In this document: positions 27,825-34,728 of the stretch, piece after piece | How the letters are laid out: every line of letters starts with the position of its first letter | How positions within the stretch are numbered: the stretch's first letter is position 1 | Assembly: GCA_046542505.1 (NCBI GenBank) | Contig: JBKHBH010000014.1 | Location: 1 to 34,728 of the forward strand | Origin: Thermovirgaceae bacterium | GTDB taxonomy: Bacteria; Synergistota; Synergistia; Synergistales; Thermovirgaceae | Direction: 5' to 3' | Length of the DNA stretch: 34,728 nt | Translations under genes and position numbers: made by a program | The notes under the pieces: model-generated | Told to the model about the DNA's origin: nothing | What the model saw: the letters and a program-made list of their open reading frames with translations, nothing else | Database searches by the model: none

Positions 27825-28664
27825 CTACGGCCAGGGATACAGCTTGCCCTCGAAAACCGTTCTGGCTTCGCCGGTGATGTCAAGCCGGTTGCCTTCGCAG
27901 ATACGCAGGAAGAGTTCGCCTCCCCGGCGGGAAGCCTGGAAGGCGTGGAATTTGAGTTTCTCAAGCTTTTCAGACCAGAATGGGGCAAGAACGGTATGAG
28001 CTGATCCCGTGACGGGGTCTTCGTCGATTCCTTCCCAGGGGCCAAAATAGCGGGAAACAAAATCGAAATCTTTCGAAGGAGCCGTGACGATGACCCCTTC
28101 GAAAGGCATTCCGCCTCGATCGCTTGCGAGAAGGGCGCTCATGTCCGGAGAGAGGTTTCTCAAGGTTTTCTCGTCACCGATTTCGATGAGAAGCATTTTT
28201 GCCTGTGAGGAAAGGGCAGTGGCGCGGAATGTTTCAATCCCCAGCGCCTGCAGGACTCCTTTGGGGCAGCGTGCGGTTTCGGGAGAGTTCAGAGGGAAAT
28301 CGAGAACGATCCGTTCTCCTTCGCGCCTCGCCGAAAGGGCGCCACTTTTGCTGTCATAATGAATGGTGTCACCTGTCTCGTGTGTTTCGTTGAAAAGGAC
28401 GTGAGATGCGGCGAGGGTGGCGTGCCCGCAGAGCGGGACCTCTACAGCAGGTGTGAACCAGCGGATTTCAAAATGTTTTTTTGAAGGCCGATGGACCACG
28501 AAAGCCGTTTCCGAGAGATTCATCTCCGCGGCAATGTTTTTGAGTATTTCGTCTTCGGGGAACTCCTCGAAAAGACAGACGGCGGCAGGATTGCCGCAAA
28601 AAGGTTTCGAGGTAAAGGCATCGACCTGAAACAGCGGTACCGGATTGTCTTTTTTCTTGGGCAT
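27825..28664 (-). CDS. PhzF-family isomerase/epimerase
   Basis: QVDAFT, GNPAAV, MNLSETAF, EVPLCGHATLA, EDPVTGSAH; start at ATG 28664 after AGGAGG. Confidence 0.93.
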   Translation of the reverse strand: MPKKKDNPVPLFQVDAFTSKPFCGNPAAVCLFEEFPEDEILKNIAAEMNLSETAFVVHRPSKKHFEIRWFTPAVEVPLCGHATLAASHVLFNETHETGDTIHYDSKSGALSARREGERIVLDFPLNSPETARCPKGVLQALGIETFRATALSSQAKMLLIEIGDEKTLRNLSPDMSALLASDRGGMPFEGVIVTAPSKDFDFVSRYFGPWEGIDEDPVTGSAHTVLAPFWSEKLEKLKFHAFQASRRGGELFLRICEGNRLDITGEARTVFEGKLYPWP

Positions 28665-28819
28665 TGTAAAAAACCTCCTTTTTACGTGGCAAGCTGAAGC
28701 AACCGGGTCCGATAGAAAGGGTATCACGTCGGGGCGTGGGAAACGATTCTATTCGAAAGAATGAAATCTGGCATAATGAAGACGTTGTGTGACACGTAGT
28801 CCCGAAGGGGAGAGCGCAT

Positions 28820-29485
28820 ATGGATGACCGTGAAATGCGGGAAGGGATAGTTCATTTTGGACGAAAAATGCTTGAAGCGGGCCTGACTCGCTGTACGGGT
28901 GGAAACCTCAGTTGCAGGGGAGAGGACGGCAGGATCGCTGTTTCACCAAGCGGCATGAACTATGACAAGACAACACCTGAGGATGTGGTTATCCTGTCGG
29001 AGACAGGAGAGATCCTCTCTGGTGATAAAAAACCATCGAGCGAAGTGCCCCTTCATCTTGAACTCTACAAAAGGCGTCCTGAAACGGGAGCCGTGGTGCA
29101 TACCCATTCGCTTCATGTTTCCGTTCTGGCCTGCCTCGGGTGGGAGATCCCGCCGTTCCACTATCTTATGGCTTCTTTCGGGGGAAAGATTCTCATTGCT
29201 CCTTACGCTCACTTTGGTTCCAGGGAACTCGCTCTTTCAGTTGCGGCAACCATTGGAGAAGGAAAGGCTGTCATCCTTGCCAATCATGGACTTGTCACTG
29301 TGGGTGAGGACCTCGAAAAAGCCTTTGAGGCGGCGGAGACGGCGGAGTTTCTGGCGGAAATTTATCTCAAGGCCAGAAGTGCCGGCAAACCCCGATGTCT
29401 TGGCGAAGATCAGGTCGACAGACTGAAGAAACTTTTCGAAAACTACGAACGGAACCGGTCGATGAGGGGAAAATCAGGCCTATGA
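28820..29485 (+). CDS. Class II aldolase (FucA-like)
   Basis: GGNLS, SPSG, PSSE, VVHTHS, LANHG metal ligands. Confidence 0.9.
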   Translation: MDDREMREGIVHFGRKMLEAGLTRCTGGNLSCRGEDGRIAVSPSGMNYDKTTPEDVVILSETGEILSGDKKPSSEVPLHLELYKRRPETGAVVHTHSLHVSVLACLGWEIPPFHYLMASFGGKILIAPYAHFGSRELALSVAATIGEGKAVILANHGLVTVGEDLEKAFEAAETAEFLAEIYLKARSAGKPRCLGEDQVDRLKKLFENYERNRSMRGKSGL

Positions 29486-29530
29486 AAATCAAAACAGAAA
29501 CCAAAAGAAGAAAAATGAATCAGGGGGGTT

Positions 29531-30241
29531 ATGATGACAGACTGGAAATTGGCCCAGGAAATTGAAGAATACATTGCGGCCGGAGGGCCTGGAAAAGTCG
29601 GATTCGCTGATATCAGGGATACGGGAGAAGCGCTTGCGAAGAAATGGCCCATGGCGGTTACGATCCTTTCGCCTCTTGAAACAGGGCCATTGAGGGAAAT
29701 CGGCAATGGACCGACGAAAAATTATCGTGACGAATACGTCCGGGCAAACAAGTATCTCGCGGTACTCGGCGAGGGCGTACGTGACCTGGTCGAAAAAAAA
29801 GGATACCGGGCTTACCTCGTCGGTCCGACGACGGAAGGCTGGGACAAGCGGACCCTAGCGGCGGAATTTCCTCACAAGACGGCAGCGACCCGGGCGGGTC
29901 TGGGCTGGATAGGAAAATGTGCGCTGCTGGTGACCAAAGATTACGGGTCCGCCCTGAGAATGTGTACCATACTGACCGATGCGCCTCTCCCGGCAGGTAA
30001 ACCGGTGGAAAATTCTTTATGCGGCGGGTGCACGGAATGCATGACTGACTGCCCTGTTTCAGCACCTACAGGAAGAGAATGGTCCCCCGATCTCTCAAGG
30101 AAGGATATCATCGACATCAGGGCTTGTTATGACCAAGCGAAAGCCTTTTCCGATGCGTCAGACCTGGGGCATACCATATGCGGAATCTGCATGGTGGCAT
30201 GTCCCTGGACGAAGGCGTACATGAGTCAAAAACAGGGATAA
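29531..30241 (+). CDS. Epoxyqueuosine reductase-like double 4Fe-4S protein
   Basis: HKTAATRAGLGWIGK, CGGCTECMTDCP, CGICMVACPW. Confidence 0.85.
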   Translation: MMTDWKLAQEIEEYIAAGGPGKVGFADIRDTGEALAKKWPMAVTILSPLETGPLREIGNGPTKNYRDEYVRANKYLAVLGEGVRDLVEKKGYRAYLVGPTTEGWDKRTLAAEFPHKTAATRAGLGWIGKCALLVTKDYGSALRMCTILTDAPLPAGKPVENSLCGGCTECMTDCPVSAPTGREWSPDLSRKDIIDIRACYDQAKAFSDASDLGHTICGICMVACPWTKAYMSQKQG

Positions 30242-30248
30242 ATTCCGC

Positions 30249-31712
30249 CTATCCGGGCCTTTTACCCGGGAGAATATGCGCCAGATCGTCCTTTACGGAG
30301 TCGAGAAAACGTCCCGTCCCTTGCGGCGGGGCCGTCAACAGGCTGACCGTGACAAAAACAATCGAGGCCAGAAGCAGACCCCAGACCGGGGGCCATTGAC
30401 CGAACGGTTTTGCACCCGTTACGTAGAGCATCCCTGTGAGTACACCGCCTGCGGTTATGCTCCAGAAAGCCCCCGGGGCCGTTGATTTCTTCCAGAAGAA
30501 TGCGCCGATGACAGCCGGAAGCTGCATCAGAAGGCCGCCTGAGGCCATGGAAGAGAGGACGGCGATCAGGTCGAAACGGTATTGTGCAAAGGCAAGGCAG
30601 GCGATGGTGATGATGGGGATGAATGCCTTGCTCAGCACCATTTCCCTGTTTTCGTCCAGGTTTGGTAAGGCTCCTTTGAGAATGTCCCTTCCGAACATGG
30701 AGCTCAAAGTCAGAATAATGGAGTTCATCGTGGATACAGCTGCTGCCATAATGCTGAGGGTCACCACCAGAGCCAGCGCGGGAGGCACAAGGGACAAAAG
30801 CGAGGCCATCGCGTTGTCGGCTGCCTCGAGTCCCGGTGCCAGACTGGCGGCGGAAAACCCGAGGTAGACGCACAAGACGGTGTAAACAAAACCGAAGAAA
30901 GAAAAGCCAAGGATCATCTTTCGGATGCTCCCAATACTTCGGGGGCTGTAAAGGCGTTGCACAACCTGCGGGTTGGTTACGGCGAAAAAGAACCAGGGCA
31001 GCGTCAGGCCGATGAACATGGGAAGCGACCACGATACCTCGAGAAGCTTCGGGTTCGTCTGCGGGAACGGGAAAGGTCCTTCCGGAAGGAGAACGAAACC
31101 GACGAAACCTGCGAGAGCGATGCTTGCGACGAACATGATGGCGGATTGGAGCGCATCGGTGAGAGCAACGGAACGAAGCCCCGCCCACCAGGAGAAGATA
31201 AAGGACATGGCCGCCCCGATGATCGTCGCTGTCCTGAATGAAATAGCCCCTCCCGAAAGGGTTTCGAGAAGGTATCCCATGCCCATGAGCTGGACCGCCG
31301 CATATGGGACGAGCATGATGATGCACAAAAGTGCCGCCGCCATGCCGACGGCCGGACTCTCGTAACGGAAAGAGAGCATCTCCGAGGGCGTCAGGAGGTT
31401 GAAACGCTTTCCTGCCGCCCAGTAGCGGGGAGCGAACAGGGCCAGAAGAAAGACAGTCCCCACCAGGTAGGTTAGTTCAAATCCCAAACTGGCGACGCCG
31501 GTTTTATAAGCAAGCCCCACGAGGCCCACCATCATGAAGGCACTGTAGGTGGTTGCGCTGTAAGTCAGGGCGGAAAGCAGTCCCCCGACACTCCGGTTGG
31601 CAAGAAAGTACTCGACCATGCCCTTGCCGAGCTTTTTCCTGGCCGTCCAGGAGAGGAACGATCCTGCTACGAACCACAAAAATATTCCAGAGAGCAGGAC
31701 AAAGCTGTTCAT
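30249..31712 (-). CDS. Sodium:solute symporter (PanF/PutP-like)
   Basis: EYFLANR, ATTYSA, GLRSVALTDALQ, PQVVQR, AAAVSTMNS; about 13 TM segments. Confidence 0.92.
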   Translation of the reverse strand: MNSFVLLSGIFLWFVAGSFLSWTARKKLGKGMVEYFLANRSVGGLLSALTYSATTYSAFMMVGLVGLAYKTGVASLGFELTYLVGTVFLLALFAPRYWAAGKRFNLLTPSEMLSFRYESPAVGMAAALLCIIMLVPYAAVQLMGMGYLLETLSGGAISFRTATIIGAAMSFIFSWWAGLRSVALTDALQSAIMFVASIALAGFVGFVLLPEGPFPFPQTNPKLLEVSWSLPMFIGLTLPWFFFAVTNPQVVQRLYSPRSIGSIRKMILGFSFFGFVYTVLCVYLGFSAASLAPGLEAADNAMASLLSLVPPALALVVTLSIMAAAVSTMNSIILTLSSMFGRDILKGALPNLDENREMVLSKAFIPIITIACLAFAQYRFDLIAVLSSMASGGLLMQLPAVIGAFFWKKSTAPGAFWSITAGGVLTGMLYVTGAKPFGQWPPVWGLLLASIVFVTVSLLTAPPQGTGRFLDSVKDDLAHILPGKRPG

Positions 31713-31912
31713 CGGGTATTCCCTCGATCGTTTCGCGTGTCGGGATCACTCCAGGAAGCCGTGTACGCGATGCCCCCGGCAAGGACGACGGCGGACAAAA
31801 CGATCCAGAAAAGCCACGAGCCTTCTTTTCGAAAAATCGTGTAAGGCAGGAGAATATCGACTGTGGTCAAAAGCAGGGCGGCAAGTATCCAGATCTTTTC
31901 TCGGACATGCAC
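31709..31912 (-). CDS. Small two-TM membrane protein, probable SSS accessory subunit
   Basis: 67 aa with two hydrophobic segments; GGAGGG RBS; ATGA overlap with the symporter start. Confidence 0.7.
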   Translation of the reverse strand: MHVREKIWILAALLLTTVDILLPYTIFRKEGSWLFWIVLSAVVLAGGIAYTASWSDPDTRNDRGNTR

Positions 31913-31937
31913 GGTGTATCCCCTCCGGACTGGATGT

Positions 31938-32447
31938 TCAATTTACGAGAAATCCTTTTTCTTCGAGAATCCTTTCCACATCGTCAAGTACGTTCTCGTT
32001 ATCAGCCTCGACGGTATGTAGGTGAAAGCCGCGGGACAAGGAAAGCAACGGGCTTTGACCAGTACTGTTCAGGAGGTTGACGAAACGTGTGACGTCCTCA
32101 CGGGTTTTGACGTGGATGTTCCCCCGGATTTCCCCATAGATCGGATGATCTACGATGACATCCAGAACGTGTCCCCCTGCATTGACGATGGATCCCAACT
32201 CCTCGGCTATATCCCCCGGTTCGTGTCGAACGGCGAAAATCCTGCGAAATCTTTCAGGCCCCTCCTGAAGCACATATCCCTGTGGTGTTGCTGCTATTGG
32301 AACTCCTTGCTTGCGTAACAATGCGATATCCTGTACGACGGCCTGTCTGCTGACGAAGAAAGCCTCGGCCAGTTCTGATCCGCTCTTCGGCCCATCAGCC
32401 GTTTCGAGAAGTTTTACCAGTTTTTTTAGGCGCTCGAATCGCTCCAA
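31938..32447 (-). CDS. niaR: NiaR/YrxA-type transcription repressor (HTH plus 3H domain)
   Basis: VSRQAVVQDIALL, TPQGY, His ligands in VRH, DHPIYG and HLH. Confidence 0.85.
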   Translation of the reverse strand: MERFERLKKLVKLLETADGPKSGSELAEAFFVSRQAVVQDIALLRKQGVPIAATPQGYVLQEGPERFRRIFAVRHEPGDIAEELGSIVNAGGHVLDVIVDHPIYGEIRGNIHVKTREDVTRFVNLLNSTGQSPLLSLSRGFHLHTVEADNENVLDDVERILEEKGFLVN

Positions 32448-32481
32448 ACCCGCACCCCCAAAAACTAGCTGCTAGTAGCAG

Positions 32482-32510
32482 ATAATAGCAGATATGGCTG
32501 CCAATGTATA
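32482..32510 (-). promoter_or_regulatory. Putative extended -10 promoter of the niaR-SSS operon
   Basis: Minus strand reads TATACA, 17 bp ending in TGC, then TATTAT (TGn-TATTAT). Confidence 0.45.
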
Positions 32511-32531
32511 TTTTTGTATCTCCTCATACAA

Positions 32532-33554
32532 TCAGGAAGGAGGCGATATGTTATAGGATCTGTTCTTTCGTCTCTTGTGAGAATCTTGCCCGGGAAGGAT
32601 CCTGCGCTTTCGGGTCTGGACCGCCTGGGCTTCGGTCCGCGTTCTGATGTGTGGTTTCGTCCGTTCCCTGTCAAGAGGCTTGAAACGTCTTCCAAAAATC
32701 TCCGATGCCTCATACAGGACGACAAAGGCCCTGGGATCGTTCTCGCGCAAATATTTCTTCAGGTCGGCGACTTGTCGGGGGAAAAGCATGGCCAAAAGGA
32801 CACGCATGTCCTTTCCTGTGTATCCCCCCTGGGCGTAGAGCATGGTAACTCCCTGTCGGAGTTTTTTCATGATATACCACTTTACCTCGTCCTGCTTATT
32901 GGAAACCACCAGAACCTGTTTCCTGCGGTCATAGGACTGGGTGGTACTGTCGAAAACGAGACAGCTCAGGTACAAAAGAGCGGCACCGTACAGGAGGTTT
33001 TCAAAACCGACGATAGGGAGGGCGGCGATGACTGTCACCACGTGGACAGCGAAGGTGAAGCGGCCGATTTCCATGCCGGTTTTTCTGTAAATGGCCGAGG
33101 CCAGGATGTCTGTGCCCCCTAGGGAGCCGCCTCCGCTGATAACGACCGCCCAGGCGATTCCCCTGAGTGCGGCTGCAGCAACGACCACCAGGAACCGATC
33201 CGTTACATGGGGGGAAGGAATAGGTTCCAGAAGCTGCAAAGTGAACGAAAAAACCGTGACGGCCCAAAGCGTCCACAGAAGGAACCTTTTGGAAAGGACT
33301 TTCCAGCCATAGAAAAACAAGGCCAGATTGAGCGCAAAGATCACCGGTGCCGGTGGAATATTCCAGACGTATTTCAGCAAGACGGCTATTCCGGCGACAC
33401 CTGAGTCGGGAAATTTCGCAGGCAGCACGAAAAAGGCCAGAGATGAGGCATACATGGCGCTTCCCAAGGTCGTTCTCCAGAACGTGGGCCATTCTCGCTG
33501 CATTTTCTTGATCCTTCTCAAAAGACCGAACTTTGACATGGTACGCCACTCCAA
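32532..33554 (-). CDS. YitT family membrane protein
   Basis: SGVAGIA, GGSLGGTDI, C-terminal GVT...GGYTG...DPRAFV; start may be at 33539. Confidence 0.88.
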   Translation of the reverse strand: MEWRTMSKFGLLRRIKKMQREWPTFWRTTLGSAMYASSLAFFVLPAKFPDSGVAGIAVLLKYVWNIPPAPVIFALNLALFFYGWKVLSKRFLLWTLWAVTVFSFTLQLLEPIPSPHVTDRFLVVVAAAALRGIAWAVVISGGGSLGGTDILASAIYRKTGMEIGRFTFAVHVVTVIAALPIVGFENLLYGAALLYLSCLVFDSTTQSYDRRKQVLVVSNKQDEVKWYIMKKLRQGVTMLYAQGGYTGKDMRVLLAMLFPRQVADLKKYLRENDPRAFVVLYEASEIFGRRFKPLDRERTKPHIRTRTEAQAVQTRKRRILPGQDSHKRRKNRSYNISPPS

Positions 33555-33637
33555 TAGAGAAAATTGGGGCCACAGCGCACCATATTAGCCGATAGTTCTT
33601 CCTTTGGAAATGTCTGTGACAAAGGGGACTCGAAGCT

Positions 33638-34048
33638 CTATTCAGGGTTTCTCAGAAAGGCTTCGTAAGCGGCTTCGCGAAGGTCTGTAAGGCACAGGTC
33701 CCTCACGGTCTCAAAAACACGGGTCACCTGTTCGTGGTACTGGTTAACCGTTTCAGGGTTTTCCGCGAGGCTTTTCCTGCCCTCCTCGCCACATACGATG
33801 CGGTATCCCTGGTTCGTTTCCTTGAATCTGAGGAGTCTGTTGAAGCGCATATCTTCGAGAAAGAGCTGCAGGTCAGGGGAAACGGGGCGTTCTCTTTCCA
33901 GCCTGAAAGGAAAACCAAGAGGGACATCTTCCTCTTTCTGAAGAAGAAGGACGGACTTGCGAAGGCGGGCGTACCCCCAGAAGCTGGGGTTTTCTCCCTG
34001 CATATCCACAAGCATCAGGATCACTACCTGCTTTTCGCGGTCCGTCAT
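33638..34048 (-). CDS. Hypothetical protein, YwgA/SocA-like winged-helix fold
   Basis: GYARLRKSVLLLQ...GFPF...PVSPDL resembles the G-x-x-x-L-Q-K...F...GP-x-S-x-x-L pattern in degenerate form. Confidence 0.5.
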   Translation of the reverse strand: MTDREKQVVILMLVDMQGENPSFWGYARLRKSVLLLQKEEDVPLGFPFRLERERPVSPDLQLFLEDMRFNRLLRFKETNQGYRIVCGEEGRKSLAENPETVNQYHEQVTRVFETVRDLCLTDLREAAYEAFLRNPE

Positions 34049-34673
34049 GTCAAGGGCCCCTTTTTGGCAGTTTGCGACAGCAAAGACAAGATAAATAGTA
34101 TCATTTCATATTAATAACAGGCAAGGTGAAAAACTGATTCTGGGGTGCCCGAAATATTTCCGGTTTACCGCAAAACATGGTTCTCAGCTCCAAAGAATGA
34201 CAAAATGATGTATAATTCATTCCAAAGACTGAAAGACCGGGTTCCTGTTTTGAGACGTGTCCAATTTTGCATCTTCCCGGAGGAAGAAATTGTGAAATTA
34301 CAGAGGCGGATTTTCTGCACAGCCTTTCAGGGACAGTTTGAGCCAAAATGGGAAGACTTCGGTTTTTCCCCTCCAGTATGTCTCGTCCTTTCCAGGTACA
34401 TCTTGCGGCAATCTCCAGCTTTTGTGGCAGGGCATCTGCCTTCACATGACCTATGCACAAATGATTCCAACGTCAGTGTGCCGGGCGTTCCGAATCGGTA
34501 ATATTTTTGAAGATGAACTTCAGAAAAACTGGAAGGACGAGGCAAAACAGAATTACTGTCAGAAATTTCAAAAAACCGGCATAGAAAGGAGGAAGAGAAA
34601 AGAAAAGAAAAGAGCTAGCGTGATCGAAAGACGTTAAGAGAGGAATCATCACGTTGAGCAAGGAGGTATACAC

Positions 34674-34728
34674 ATGTCAGCCAAAGAACAGGTACGGCCG
34701 AGTTTGGGTTTGTCCCTCGGTGTTTTTG
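34674..34728 (+). CDS. 5' fragment of a probable membrane protein (truncated by the window)
   Basis: AAGGAGG RBS then ATG; MSAKEQVRPSLGLSLGVF; too short to assign a family. Confidence 0.6.
   Translation, partial: MSAKEQVRPSLGLSLGVF

Noticed and set aside
33638..34048. Toxin-antitoxin or defence system around the YwgA/SocA-like gene
   Set aside because: No adjacent toxin or HD-phosphohydrolase partner, and the similarity is weak.
34145..34637. Plus-strand ORFs 34145-34501 and 34338-34637
   Set aside because: They overlap each other, have no recognisable domain and have atypical composition.

Overview
A chromosomal region from an anaerobic bacterium. The gene content and protein style suggest Synergistota, which is inference only. 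It contains tRNA-Leu(GAG), a TRAP transporter (dctPQM), an EamA transporter, truC, a lytic transglycosylase, a FabK/nitronate monooxygenase-family flavoenzyme, two MFS transporters, pepF, a B3/4 protein, an L,D-transpeptidase, a PLP aminotransferase and superoxide reductase. It continues with an Fe-ADH/FAH/ADP-forming acyl-CoA synthetase/plsY cluster, the ctsR-mcsA-mcsB-clpC operon, an SDH-family protease, a PPIase, a PhzF-family protein, a class II aldolase, a QueG-like Fe-S protein, a NiaR-type regulator with an SSS transporter, YitT and a YwgA-like protein. Two signals are not explained by the ORF track. (1) A 54-bp transposon-end-like element occurs twice (1-54 and 21166-21219). Each copy has the same orientation and ends exactly 17 bp upstream of the -35 box of a near-consensus sigma70 promoter (tRNA-Leu and ctsR), suggesting a promoter-targeting mobile element. 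(2) A hidden 97-aa selenoprotein gene (5131-5424) has an in-frame UGA in a G-U-C motif followed by a SECIS-like hairpin. Two small genes also appear frameshifted. All calls were made by eye, with no database searches.
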